Of a stretch of 64,000 nucleotides of DNA, positions 9,322 through 19,650 are shown piece by piece. This DNA comes from Candidatus Freyarchaeum deiterrae (GTDB lineage Archaea > Asgardarchaeota > Jordiarchaeia > Jordiarchaeales > Jordiarchaeaceae), in the NCBI GenBank assembly GCA_037305845.1, contig CP147778.1:992001-1056000 (forward strand). The letters run 5' to 3'. Under the pieces are notes generated by a model. It saw nothing but the letters and a program-made list of their open reading frames with translations, did not search any database and was not told where the DNA came from. How positions within the stretch are numbered: position 1 is the stretch's first letter; each line of letters starts with the position of its first letter. The position numbers were made by a program, and so were the translations under genes.

Positions 9322-10482
9322 TCACACCAGTTTTTTAATCTCGTCCAGAATTTCATTAGGCTTAAATTGCCTAGCTATACCCATAATTGGAAGAACTTCC
9401 GCTTTTCCCTTAGCCGCCTCAGCTACACTGTGAATTATTTGACCCGTATTCAATTCAGGAACCAGTATGTAATCCACCTTCTCTGCAATGTTGAGCACCT
9501 CCTCGTAGGGAAAAGGCCAGACTGTGATCAAACGCAGATAGTCAATGTTTATTCCCTCTTTCTCCGCCTCAATAACCGCCTTTAGAGCGACTCTGGAAAC
9601 GCTCCCAAAAGAGACAACTGCGATCTTTGGATTTTCGGAACTACGTTTTTCAAGGTAGGTAAACTTTGATGAATTATTAATTATTTTATCTCTTAAACGC
9701 CTAACAAGCTTTAGATGTTTTTCTGGATCATCAATAGGATAACCCTTTTCATTATGGCTCAAACCAGTGAAATGAATATGATAGCCGGCTCCAAGAGTGG
9801 GAAGTGGTGGAGGAATCCCCTCCTCGTCAGCTTTAAAGGGTAAAAATTCTTTTGGAGGAATTTCAGGATTCCTTCTCCAAACTATTCTCAACTCATCATG
9901 GTCAGGAACCTCAACCTTTTCTCTTACATGAGCCACCTCTTCGTCAGCCAATATTATAACTGGAACCCGGTAAGTCTCCGAAATGTTGAAAGCCCTAATT
10001 GTCAAGTCAAACATCTCCTGTGGAGAAGCGGGGGCAAGAGCTATAATCATACCGTCGCCGTGTCTGCCCCAAAGAGATTGCATAACATCCCCCTGAGAAA
10101 CACGCGTAGGCAACCCTGTGCTAGGCCCAGCACGCTGACAATCAACAATTACACAGGGAACCTCACACATAACCGCCCACCCCAAATTCTCCTGCATGAG
10201 AGAGAAACCAGGCCCGCTGGTAGCGGTCATTCCCTTTGCACCAGCCATAACAGCACCAATCACCGCCCCGATAGAAGAAATCTCATCCTCACACTGGAGA
10301 AAAACTCCGCCAATCTCTGGCATTCTACGGGCCATAACTTCCATAATCTCGGTAGCAGGAGTTATGGGATATCCGGCGAAGAATTTACACCCCGCGGTTA
10401 TCGCTCCTTCCGCACAAGCCTCATTTCCGCTCATGAAGTAAATTCCAGATTCCAAGAGAAAATCTTTCAAACCACTTCCCAT
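9322..10482 (-). CDS. korA: 2-oxoacid:ferredoxin oxidoreductase alpha subunit
   Basis: GNEACAEGA, GYPITPATE, TATSGPGFSLMQE, QRAGPSTGLPT. Confidence 0.92.
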   Translation of the reverse strand: MGSGLKDFLLESGIYFMSGNEACAEGAITAGCKFFAGYPITPATEIMEVMARRMPEIGGVFLQCEDEISSIGAVIGAVMAGAKGMTATSGPGFSLMQENLGWAVMCEVPCVIVDCQRAGPSTGLPTRVSQGDVMQSLWGRHGDGMIIALAPASPQEMFDLTIRAFNISETYRVPVIILADEEVAHVREKVEVPDHDELRIVWRRNPEIPPKEFLPFKADEEGIPPPLPTLGAGYHIHFTGLSHNEKGYPIDDPEKHLKLVRRLRDKIINNSSKFTYLEKRSSENPKIAVVSFGSVSRVALKAVIEAEKEGINIDYLRLITVWPFPYEEVLNIAEKVDYILVPELNTGQIIHSVAEAAKGKAEVLPIMGIARQFKPNEILDEIKKLV

Positions 10483-10816
10483 AGGCTACACCAATCAATA
10501 AATATCACTGAATCTATTTTAATTTATGTAAAGTTTCCTTTTTTAATTATGTGTAATTGTTTAGATTAGTGTATTTCTGGTAACATAATAGAAATCTGCA
10601 ACGACCCCGATAAAAATAGTAATGGAACAAACTTATCAAAAAACAAAGATGAGAGAATGTCAATAACCACGAAAACTAAACGATTAGTGAAGAGGTTGAC
10701 ATATATTTATAAAAAATACAAGCCCCTCAGAAGCCCCTAAAAGGGTAAACATATTTTGTAAAAAGTTTGAAGAAAAACTCAAAAAAAAGAAAGGTGTGGG
10801 TGAAGTAGCAGTTGTT

Positions 10817-13354
10817 TTAACAGACAGTAAGTGGTTTCGTGCAGCTACAGAAGAAAGCTCTTCCACCTATGGCGAGCATCTGTGTTGATGTTTCTTCTCT
10901 GTAAATAGTTAGAATGATTTTTCCGAGTACGCCCTCACCGTAGTAGAATTCGAATTGCCCCATCCTGCAGTGTTTTGTAATGTTCCAGGTGGCTATTTGG
11001 TCGCCTACCTGTATTCGAATCATGTGCTCTGAGAGGAACAGGGTAGCATTCCCACTAAACCATTGTTTGCCTATTAGAAGACCGCCACAGCCCTGGAATG
11101 CCTGTTCCATAATGACTGTGGTTGTTTTCGGCGTTTCTTTGTTTCCTGCGTTATCAACGCTGTAGTAGTCTATGGTGTAGGTTCCGATTGGACCCGTGAT
11201 ATTGAAGGCTCCAACATACTCAGTCCAGTTACCACCGTTGATACGGTAGTAGGTGTTTGCAACTCCTGAACCGGGAGCAGCGTCGGTGGCTGTGAGAGTG
11301 AAAACCGTGCTGGATGTAACATAGATGCTGCCATTCCCGTCAGTGTAGTGGGTTCCAATAATTAATGCGGTTGTAGGAGGCGTCTTATCGATACATATTG
11401 TTTCAGACTTTACAGTTTCCATGTTGCCTGCATTGTCTGTTGACCTGTAATATAATGTAGTTACTCCCTCGTCTGTGAGGGTGAATGAACCGGTGTAAGT
11501 GATCCAGTTGACGTTATCAAAGCTGTAGTTTGTTATGTTTACACCAGAACCAGAAATGCCATCTGTTGCCGATAAATTGACCATGACATTTGTTACATAC
11601 CAGCCTCCGAGCCCTAGGGTGCCGTCTAAGCTAATCGTGGTAGTTGGAGCTGTCTTATCGATCAATATTGTCTCGGAATTTGTTGTTTCCACGTTGCCTG
11701 CGATGTCAGTTGAGTTATAATAGACTGTCGTGGATCCCTCATTTGTGATAGTGAACGGACCTGTATAGTTAATCCAATTAATTCCATCGAAACTATACGC
11801 TGTGTTGGCTACACCTGAAATGTCGTCCATTGCGGATAGCTTGGCAGTCACATCTGATACATACCAGCCTTCAAGTCCTGAGATGCCGCTTAAATTGATC
11901 GTAGTAATTGGCGGCGTCGTATCCCAGGGTAGTAGCATAAATGCATCTGCTTTTTCGTCCCTGGTATCCCAATTCTGTATTGTTAGAGTGTAAGTGTATA
12001 CTGGATAATTGCTTTCTATTCTGCCTATTTCATCCGTAACCAGGTTGTCTTTGGGTTGGTTTGGATTTTGTACTCTGTGAGGGGGGTTAAATGTCTGTCC
12101 AGCGTTCAAGTATACAGTGTATTCGAAAACGCCGTCATAGTTGATGTCTATTTTTATTTCAGTGTTATCATGTGTTGCACCTATGGTGTAGGCTTTCTGG
12201 TAACTTGTTCCAAGTTGACTTGTTGGCTCAAGCAGTTGTGAGAAGGTGTAGTGTCTGTATACTCCAGCCCAAATGTCGCGCGCATAGATATCGAGTAAAT
12301 ATACTACTCCGATTGGCTTATCACTTGTAATGTGTGAAGAAAAACTTGTGCCTGTTTGGTATGGTAAGGTTCCGCCTTCATTTAAGGCGTAGTTGTTGCC
12401 ATCTATGTTGATTAGTGTGTTATCTTGGGTTGCTACTATTCGAAAACCAGAATAGTCAGTAGCATCCACGTATCTGAGTGAGATATCAAGATTGAACCAG
12501 TAGTCGGTTCCTAACCTGTTTGTGGGAAGCACTGCGTAAGAAAAGGTGTTGTCTCTGTTAGCCCAGTTCATGCTAACTGCAACCACTCCTATAGGATTGT
12601 TAGAAGTTATGTGCGTTCCAGCCGGTGGATTCTGGTAATTTAAAGCAGCTCCTATTCCCTGATTAGCCCAGGTCATTTCTGGGAAACCGTCGTTATTTGT
12701 GTCTATTTGGATATTAGTGCTGGGTGTGGTTGAAACTATGTAGAGGGCCATACAATTGGAAGGAAGATAATAATCCATTCCTAAAACATTGGTCGGCAGA
12801 GCCTCGTAACTCAAGATTACACTGTCATATATACTATAATCTTCAGAATATATGTGATAGAAAACTGCAACTGGTTTATCACTAACGATGCGAGTCCCTG
12901 AAAGCGGATTTGAAAACGTTACTGGTTGGTTCGCTACCAAATTTAATACGTAATCAAAGTTTCCATCGTTATCCAAGTCTATTTTGACCTGTGTATCTTG
13001 AGCTGAAAACATCCATATATAAGAACCAAAGTTATTTGGACCCCTAAAAGTATTATCCGAGAAAGGCAGGTAATAATCTGTTCCTACGGTTATAATTGGT
13101 GCTTCAGTTGGGTCATTCGGAAATTGTTGCATCGTGTTAGTTTCTTTGTTCACTGCATTCTCAACTAAGGCATTTAATCCTTTCATATTTTTTAAGCTGT
13201 TTTGAAAATAAGTTTGCGTTAATGTATTTGTTAGTGAATTGTACTGTACCGCTTGTTGGTTATGAAAGGCTAATAATATTGAACCGGAAGATAAAGCAAA
13301 AGCCGTTATTAGGATAAGTGCTAGAATTCTTTTTCTATTTTTGAATGTACTCAT
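10817..13354 (-). CDS. Secreted/surface protein with IgGFc-binding-like N-terminal repeats and three Ig-like (OmpL47-type) repeats
   Basis: N-terminal signal/TM segment. Repeats of LGxDY...IVATQDNT...HITSDKPIGV, then three DxTPPxTT...SGV..T.Y...W..Y.G.F...YYSTDxAGNxE repeats. Confidence 0.7.
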   Translation of the reverse strand: MSTFKNRKRILALILITAFALSSGSILLAFHNQQAVQYNSLTNTLTQTYFQNSLKNMKGLNALVENAVNKETNTMQQFPNDPTEAPIITVGTDYYLPFSDNTFRGPNNFGSYIWMFSAQDTQVKIDLDNDGNFDYVLNLVANQPVTFSNPLSGTRIVSDKPVAVFYHIYSEDYSIYDSVILSYEALPTNVLGMDYYLPSNCMALYIVSTTPSTNIQIDTNNDGFPEMTWANQGIGAALNYQNPPAGTHITSNNPIGVVAVSMNWANRDNTFSYAVLPTNRLGTDYWFNLDISLRYVDATDYSGFRIVATQDNTLINIDGNNYALNEGGTLPYQTGTSFSSHITSDKPIGVVYLLDIYARDIWAGVYRHYTFSQLLEPTSQLGTSYQKAYTIGATHDNTEIKIDINYDGVFEYTVYLNAGQTFNPPHRVQNPNQPKDNLVTDEIGRIESNYPVYTYTLTIQNWDTRDEKADAFMLLPWDTTPPITTINLSGISGLEGWYVSDVTAKLSAMDDISGVANTAYSFDGINWINYTGPFTITNEGSTTVYYNSTDIAGNVETTNSETILIDKTAPTTTISLDGTLGLGGWYVTNVMVNLSATDGISGSGVNITNYSFDNVNWITYTGSFTLTDEGVTTLYYRSTDNAGNMETVKSETICIDKTPPTTALIIGTHYTDGNGSIYVTSSTVFTLTATDAAPGSGVANTYYRINGGNWTEYVGAFNITGPIGTYTIDYYSVDNAGNKETPKTTTVIMEQAFQGCGGLLIGKQWFSGNATLFLSEHMIRIQVGDQIATWNITKHCRMGQFEFYYGEGVLGKIILTIYREETSTQMLAIGGRAFFCSCTKPLTVC

Positions 13355-14112
13355 TATTCCTTTTCCCCTTTTAGATTTTTTCTTCTTTCTTGTTTTTGGG
13401 TATTTTTTTCATTGCGCCCCTCCTCGGCGCTCCCTACAGGTACTGTAGAGAGGTTTATCCCCTCTGCATTGCGCCATTTGTAGTGGTTGAATCCCCTCAC
13501 TATTTCCCCGAATCCCAGTATTTCAGATTCCCAAGAAATTTTGAAAACGTTTTATTTATTTCTTTTAATTTATATATAAATTTTTCTTTGAAATTAAATA
13601 TAAGTGATTTATATAAGTGCTTTATTTTGATATAAACTTTGTACAGATTTTTCATAAATTCATCAAAATTCCAGAGAGCCGTCTTGAACATCACCAAAGG
13701 GGTTACCACACCTGGCGTGTAGAAATGGGTATAACGGATTTATAAAAGTTCAAAATGTACTTCGCAGGTACTGGGAATGGGAGAATAAGTAAAATTTGGG
13801 GGATGAGAGAGGAAAATTTCTGTGTGCCATTAGATAAATTATAGCGTGACATATACCGTTATTGAAGGGGTATCCGAAAAAGCTTTACAAGGCAATTGGG
13901 GTGATTAGCAACGTAGCGAACTGACTTCTTTTTAAATAATGTTTCATATCTCTCTGAGCTATATAAATAGTCTCAGCTAGCATCCGTCGGATTACTGCTG
14001 GGATGCGGATGCAAGTGAGTTATTAAGATTACTTTAAAAAATATTATTATTGTAAACTGTTTTTAAAAATAGTAAAATTTGTAATTTAAAAATTTGGGGG
14101 GGGTCTAGGCAT

Positions 14113-15003
14113 TTATGTTGTGGATCTTCTGAAGAGGTATGCTCCTATTAGTACCATGCCTACAAATATTAGTGAAAGTATTGCTAAATCGTATAGTAGG
14201 GAGCCGCCGACTCCGATAAATGCGAAATCTCCGTAGAGTGGTCCGAACTGTCCACCGAGGAGGCAACTTCTAACTGCGTCGACGGCGTAGGTCAGAGGAT
14301 TAAACTGAGCGGCGGTCTGTAGCCAGCCGGGCATGGACGATAAAGATGTGATTGCTGGGCTGACAAAGAAGAGCGGTAATAGGATCATTTGGATTATTCC
14401 GAAAAAGGCTTCAACGTTGGCCATTCTTATTCCTGCTGCTGTGGAGATGCCTGCGAGTCCTAGGGCGAAGATTACCAAGAAGGGGATGGCTAGAGCTATT
14501 CCTATGATTCCCGTGTAAATTTTTACTCCTAGAAGAACAGCTACTGCGATAACCACTACGGCTTGGATTAGGCTTCTGATCATTGCCGCTATCATTTTTC
14601 CGAGAATTATTGAGGAGCGGGGAATTGGAGCAGCTAACATCTTGGTGAAGAATCCGAACCGCTTATCCCAGATAACACTAATTCCAGATATGAAAGCTGT
14701 GGACATTACGGCGTAGGCGATCATCCCGGTTGCTAAGTAAGTGATGTAGTTGATGTTTACCAGATTGGATAGTATGTATTTCGTGATATAGTCGACTGGG
14801 AGGAGATTCACGAAAATTTGTAGTATGTTAACTGAGCCTAGGGATAGTGAGCCGCCGGCAAGACTGGCTATTCCTGAGCTTAGGGCGAATCCGAAGAAGG
14901 CTAGCCAAACCACGGGCTGTATGAGTGAGGTTATCACCTGTACTTTTCGTCTGATGAAGTGCTTGAGTTCTCTTTCGGTTATGTACCATGCTTCTCTTAA
15001 CAA
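14113..15003 (-). CDS. ABC-2 (DrrB-like) exporter permease
   Basis: SLIQPVVWL, WDKRFGF..KMLAAPIPRSSIILGK, NPLTYAVDAVR. Confidence 0.88.
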   Translation of the reverse strand: MLREAWYITERELKHFIRRKVQVITSLIQPVVWLAFFGFALSSGIASLAGGSLSLGSVNILQIFVNLLPVDYITKYILSNLVNINYITYLATGMIAYAVMSTAFISGISVIWDKRFGFFTKMLAAPIPRSSIILGKMIAAMIRSLIQAVVVIAVAVLLGVKIYTGIIGIALAIPFLVIFALGLAGISTAAGIRMANVEAFFGIIQMILLPLFFVSPAITSLSSMPGWLQTAAQFNPLTYAVDAVRSCLLGGQFGPLYGDFAFIGVGGSLLYDLAILSLIFVGMVLIGAYLFRRSTT

Positions 15004-15080
15004 TCACTTTTCCTCCAATAAACCATGTTGGTTCTGTAATTCGTCTTATCCAGGATTAGCTTTTTATCGAGATTCCATTT

Positions 15081-15983
15081 TTATTTTAGTGCCCGTCTAA
15101 ATACGGTCACCCCTATCGAAACCATGATAACTATGAATAAGCCTAATACGGCAGCGTCTACCAGAAGGTTTCCTAAGATTCCCATGAAGGCGTAGTCACC
15201 GCCTAGTTGTCCGAACGTTCCGCCGGCGAGCGACAATCTTACGGCATCAACGGCGTATGTTAGAGGATTACCAGAAGCCACCCCTTGGAGCCATCCGGGC
15301 ATAATCGCCACAGGAATTAAGGCTCCTGAAGCGAAGAACAGCGGCAGCAGTACTAGCGCTATGACGCCGAAAAATTCTTCATGCTCCGCCATCTTGATTC
15401 CGACGGCGGTGGACATGCCTGAAAACCCTAAGGCGAAGAGTGCCAGGAAGGGTACTACCAATATTATTCCTATGATTCCAGTATTTGTTTTTGCGCCTAA
15501 AAGTAGTGCTAAAGCTACGACGATGAGTCCCTGTATCATCGCTCTAATTGTTGCCGAGAGCATTTTTCCTAACATTATGGAGCTTCTCGGAATTGGGGAA
15601 ACGAGCAGTTTGTTGAGGAACCCGAATCTTCTATCCCAGACTATAGAAACTCCCGCAAACATTGCGGTGAACATGGAAGTCATCGCCACAATGCCCGGAG
15701 CGAGGAAAGAGACGTAACTCATGCTTGTCAAATTTAGAAGAATGTAGCTAGTTATGGGTTCCAAATTTAGTGATAAAATTATAAAAGTAAGCGTCGTAGG
15801 AACACCTTGCACACCTGTTAGACCCAAACTACTCAGATTAAATCCAGGCAATCCGCCACTAAGCGAGTAACCGAACAGTGCTAACCATATCACCGGTTGC
15901 ACCAGTGAAGTGATCACCTGAACCCTTTGCCTGTAGAAGTGCCTAAGTTCTCTTGTCGCTACGTACCACGCTTCACTCAGCAT
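15081..15983 (-). CDS. ABC-2 (DrrB-like) exporter permease, paralog of 14113..15003
   Basis: Same ABC-2 motifs (WDRRFGF, NPLTYAVDAVR); clear tandem paralog. Confidence 0.88.
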   Translation of the reverse strand: MLSEAWYVATRELRHFYRQRVQVITSLVQPVIWLALFGYSLSGGLPGFNLSSLGLTGVQGVPTTLTFIILSLNLEPITSYILLNLTSMSYVSFLAPGIVAMTSMFTAMFAGVSIVWDRRFGFLNKLLVSPIPRSSIMLGKMLSATIRAMIQGLIVVALALLLGAKTNTGIIGIILVVPFLALFALGFSGMSTAVGIKMAEHEEFFGVIALVLLPLFFASGALIPVAIMPGWLQGVASGNPLTYAVDAVRLSLAGGTFGQLGGDYAFMGILGNLLVDAAVLGLFIVIMVSIGVTVFRRALK

Positions 15984-15984
15984 T

Positions 15985-16977
15985 CTATTTCCGCCTTCTC
16001 TGCATTAACATTCTATTCTTCATTAACTCTAAAGCATCGGTTTTTTCCGCTCTTAGGCTTCTTCCAGTGACTTTGACGAACACATCGTCAAGGGTTGGTC
16101 GGTTAAGGGAGATATTATCTATGTTAACACCAGTTTTATTGGCTTCCTCAAAAAGTTTAGGTATCGCGGTTTCGCCATTCTTAACCGTTACTCGTAGTCC
16201 ACCCTCTTGCGGTAATACTTCGGAAACAAATTCCAGTTCCTTAACGTGATTCAGAAAAGCTTCACTATCATTCGTGTGAACCGTGACTATGTCGCCGCCT
16301 AGCATTCCCTTAAGTTCGTTGGGAGTGCCCATGTTCACAATTTTTCCGTAATCAATTATTGCGATGCGGTTGCACAGTTTATCCGCCTCATCCATGTAGT
16401 GGGTAGTCATAAAAATCGTTATTCCCTGCTCATTTAGACTTTTAACATAATTCCAGATGCTGACTCTGCTTGATGGGTCAAGCCCAATTGTCGGCTCATC
16501 GAGGAATAGTATGTCTGGTCTGTGCATTAGTCCTTCGGCTATTTCTAGTCTGCGGCGCATTCCCCCCGAGAAGGTTTTGACTAGGGAGTTTTTCCAATCA
16601 GTTAATTCTACTACACTCAAAAGTTCTGGTATTCTTTCTTTTATGAGCTTTTTTGGCATGTGGTAGAGTTTGCCGTGTAAATCCATGTTTTCTCTTGCGG
16701 TTAGGTCGTCGTCCACGCTTATGTCTTGTGGAACTAGACCAATTTTTTTCCTCACTTCGTCTGGTTGTTTTTTTACGTCTATTCCTGCTACTTTGGCTTC
16801 GCCTTCCGTTATTTGGGTTAGTGTGCATAACATGTGTACAGTGGTTGTTTTTCCGGCTCCGTTGGGACCTAGGAATCCGAATATTTCTCCTTTTTCCACT
16901 TCGAAGTTTATGTGGTCTACTGCAGTATATTTTCCGCCGAAAACCTTTGTTAGGTTGTTTGTTTCCACTATGGACAT
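15985..16977 (-). CDS. ABC exporter ATP-binding protein (DrrA-like)
   Basis: Walker A GPNGAGKT, signature FSGGMRRR, Walker B LFLDEPT, TTHYM. Confidence 0.92.
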   Translation of the reverse strand: MSIVETNNLTKVFGGKYTAVDHINFEVEKGEIFGFLGPNGAGKTTTVHMLCTLTQITEGEAKVAGIDVKKQPDEVRKKIGLVPQDISVDDDLTARENMDLHGKLYHMPKKLIKERIPELLSVVELTDWKNSLVKTFSGGMRRRLEIAEGLMHRPDILFLDEPTIGLDPSSRVSIWNYVKSLNEQGITIFMTTHYMDEADKLCNRIAIIDYGKIVNMGTPNELKGMLGGDIVTVHTNDSEAFLNHVKELEFVSEVLPQEGGLRVTVKNGETAIPKLFEEANKTGVNIDNISLNRPTLDDVFVKVTGRSLRAEKTDALELMKNRMLMQRRRK

Positions 16978-17520
16978 TACGGGACACCGCCTATAACGGG
17001 CATTAGGGTATATATATTGACTAAGTATTAATGCGAATTATTTGAATCTGTTCCACTGATATTTCGGTGCTTGTCAATTTTTATTTTCAATATTCTTATT
17101 GGGGCTTGTTTGTTTTTCTTTTTCTTAGCTTGCGGAATTCATTTTTTATTGATGTTGGGTTTACAATTAAAGAACATTAATTTTTTAATAATAGATTGAT
17201 TTTCTCCTAACTAAAAGGGTCTTTTTCTCTCTTGTTGGGCTCTTCCCAGATGGGGATTTAGATAGAGTTAGAGTTATTAGTGTTGTAGCTAGTCTTCGGA
17301 ATACGTATTTAGCCAGACAGGTTTGAAGTATTGTACCGTTGGGCTTCTTATGCCGTTAGAAAGAATTTAAAAAGCTTATCTCCTACTTTTTCATTATTCA
17401 AAATGAGTGCCTTCAGGTTATGGCTTGGAGTAATAGTTAAACGAAAGCTACGCGTTATGGGCCTAAATAATTCAAGGCGTGAAAATGAGTTTATTAAATC
17501 AGCAGTTTTGAATTTAAACA

Positions 17521-18615
17521 GTGCGTGTTAGAGGAATTATAATGGATATTCAAACTATTCTGTATATTATTTGGCTTGCTACTTCTTTTGGGTTTTGCGC
17601 ATTTTGCATTTTCCAGAGGAATATGATGATATACTCCGAGCTTCGAAGAATAAGAAGACGTGTTAAAGCGGTTTCTAAAATGATTAAGGAAACCAGAACT
17701 ATGTTGACGTCGTTGTTTGATGATAAGTTGACTGAGGAGAAGAGGTTTGAGGGTTATGATAAGGTTATGGATTACTTTGTAATTGCACCTATTGAAACTG
17801 ATCCATCAGGTGTGATGAACCGCCTTGAATATCTTCTTGATACTGGTGACGAGACTCTGGAAAAATTAGTTCAGCCTTTATCTCCTGATGGGGATTTGGA
17901 AAGAATGGAGAATCTTAAGCAGATGTTTAAGGAGGCAATAATTCTTAATAGAATTTACAAAATGTTGAGGGAATTGTATATCTCCAGTAAAAAGTCCCGA
18001 AGCCTTGAAACAGTGATGCAATCAACAATGAATCTTTCAACGTTTATTCGAGATGCAAAGATTCGTTTTAAAGCTGTAAAGGCTTATGTAGACCCTCAAC
18101 CTATTGGTAATGGTATCGCCCCCTTGGTAGCGTCGAAACTTATAGAGGATTCACCTTTCGAGGTTGAAGATGGGGTGGTTATTTCTGAGAGGAAGTATAA
18201 GGATAGGGATCTTGTAATAATTAAGCCTAAAGGTCCTGGAGCCCGGATGAGAAAATTGGGTAGAGTAGCCGAAACCAAAATAAGGAAGGAGAAAGAGATA
18301 GCGGGGGTAGCGGTTGTTACTGCGCAGGTTAAACTTGAGGGAGAGAAAACGGCTATTATTGTACCCGCAACTGGTGTTTCTTTCATCTCAGAACCGGATA
18401 AGTTCAGACTTGAAGAACTAGCGTCAGAGAGAAAAATTCCTTTAATATCAATTATTGTGAAAATGTCTGAAGAAGAGTATTACACAAAGATGAGCGATGA
18501 AATCCGCGATGCAGCGCCTAAAGTAATCGAAAAGTTTGAGGATGAAATAGAGCAATGGGGCAAAGGAAAAGTAATCGTAATTGGTTCAGGGAACACGATG
18601 TCCATAGAGCCGTAA
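17521..18615 (+). CDS. DUF1512-like archaeal membrane-anchored protein
   Basis: N-terminal TM; DPSGVMNRLEYL, PIGNGIAPLVA, KGPG, LKxEGEKT-like, IGSGNTM. Confidence 0.65.
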   Translation: MRVRGIIMDIQTILYIIWLATSFGFCAFCIFQRNMMIYSELRRIRRRVKAVSKMIKETRTMLTSLFDDKLTEEKRFEGYDKVMDYFVIAPIETDPSGVMNRLEYLLDTGDETLEKLVQPLSPDGDLERMENLKQMFKEAIILNRIYKMLRELYISSKKSRSLETVMQSTMNLSTFIRDAKIRFKAVKAYVDPQPIGNGIAPLVASKLIEDSPFEVEDGVVISERKYKDRDLVIIKPKGPGARMRKLGRVAETKIRKEKEIAGVAVVTAQVKLEGEKTAIIVPATGVSFISEPDKFRLEELASERKIPLISIIVKMSEEEYYTKMSDEIRDAAPKVIEKFEDEIEQWGKGKVIVIGSGNTMSIEP

Positions 18616-18662
18616 CTCCAATCAAATGAGGGAATCAGAAGAGAGGTATTCCAGTTTAGAAG

Positions 18663-19283
18663 TTATTCTATTACCGCGTGTCTTTCTTTAAGAGTCTTCT
18701 CGTCAGTCCCTGTTTTTTCCATTAGTTCAGTTATCAAACCATCTAGAAATGCTAACACCGTAGATTCAAACAGTGTGCCTAAAGGAGTCAGCGGGAAGTG
18801 CTCTCCTTTGATTTGACGCTGTATGTAATCATTTTGTTCTGTTATCTTTGTTCTGCCCCTAATCTCTACCACAAGGTCAGCTAACTCGGCTAGAGGTGAA
18901 TCAGGGTAAGATGTAATAACAACCAGAGTTGCGTCCACATCTTGTTTGGCGATGCGGGAACTCTCAACTACGAGCTTTGTTCTTCCAGAACCGCTAATTG
19001 CTATTAGTATATCCTTTTTTGTAACGGCAGGAGTTATGGTTTCTCCTACGACGAAAACCTCAAATCCGAGGTGCATAAGCCGCATAGCGAACGCTCTAAC
19101 CACCAGCCCAGAGCGGCCGGCCCCCACAACGAAGATTCTCTTGTTAGATTTTAATCCGTTAATTAAGAGTTCAACTAGTTGGTCTACCTCATTATCATCT
19201 ATTATTTCAACAGTATTCTGTATATTTCCACTGATCTCCAACATCGCTTGTTTTAAGGTTCTATGCTTTTCCAAAGCGCACAC
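18663..19283 (-). CDS. hxlB: 6-phospho-3-hexuloisomerase
   Basis: SIS domain: GAGRSGLV, AFAMRLMHLG, VVGETITP, SGSGRT, PLGTLFE, C-terminal RHAVIE. Confidence 0.92.
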   Translation of the reverse strand: MCALEKHRTLKQAMLEISGNIQNTVEIIDDNEVDQLVELLINGLKSNKRIFVVGAGRSGLVVRAFAMRLMHLGFEVFVVGETITPAVTKKDILIAISGSGRTKLVVESSRIAKQDVDATLVVITSYPDSPLAELADLVVEIRGRTKITEQNDYIQRQIKGEHFPLTPLGTLFESTVLAFLDGLITELMEKTGTDEKTLKERHAVIE

Positions 19284-19650
19284 CTGATTCTTAATACTTG
19301 CTCAATTTTCTCATTTAAGGTGACCACATATTTATACCCTACGTTCTAGCTTCATGCTTATATACTAAATGTTTTCTCTTTAAAATAAACATGAAAGTGT
19401 ATAGATTAAGTTGTTAAACAGTAAATTTAACTTTTTGCTAGACCAATTTTTTAATGAATAACCAAGAGAATGTAACCAGCCTCAAAACACGTCCAGAACT
19501 CGTCGCTCCGCGAGTACATTCACCAGGAATTCAGAGATTAATGGAGCCTCTTGTGGATAGCGAGGTTTAGTTGACCGAAATTTATATTATGTTTTTATAA
19601 TTGTTGTTTTCTGATTGTTTCGTTTCATTGTGTTGCAGGAGGTAAACTGT

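Noticed and set aside
9898-10569. Long alternative-frame or antisense ORFs (for example 9898..10569, 5494..6012, 33400..33960, 16598..17006, 54637..55068)
   Set aside because: They overlap well-supported genes and have no protein motifs; shadow ORFs.
10483-10816. Expected ferredoxin-like delta subunit (korD) upstream of korA
   Set aside because: No CxxCxxC ORF was found; it is presumably encoded elsewhere.
11120-11930. Nucleotide-level repeats that might suggest an array
   Set aside because: They are the coding Ig-like domain repeats of the surface protein, not CRISPR; no regularly spaced repeat-spacer array was seen anywhere in the window.
13750-13900. Possible TnpB zinc-finger remnant (TSQV...RDI)
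   Set aside because: The Cys pairs are absent and there are several stops; similarity is too weak to call a mobile element.
19472-19575. 5S rRNA, tRNA, hammerhead or HEARO/omega RNA identity
   Set aside because: It lacks the conserved 5S and T-loop motifs and the CUGAUGA/GAAA core, and no IscB/TnpB gene is adjacent; kept only as an unknown structured RNA.
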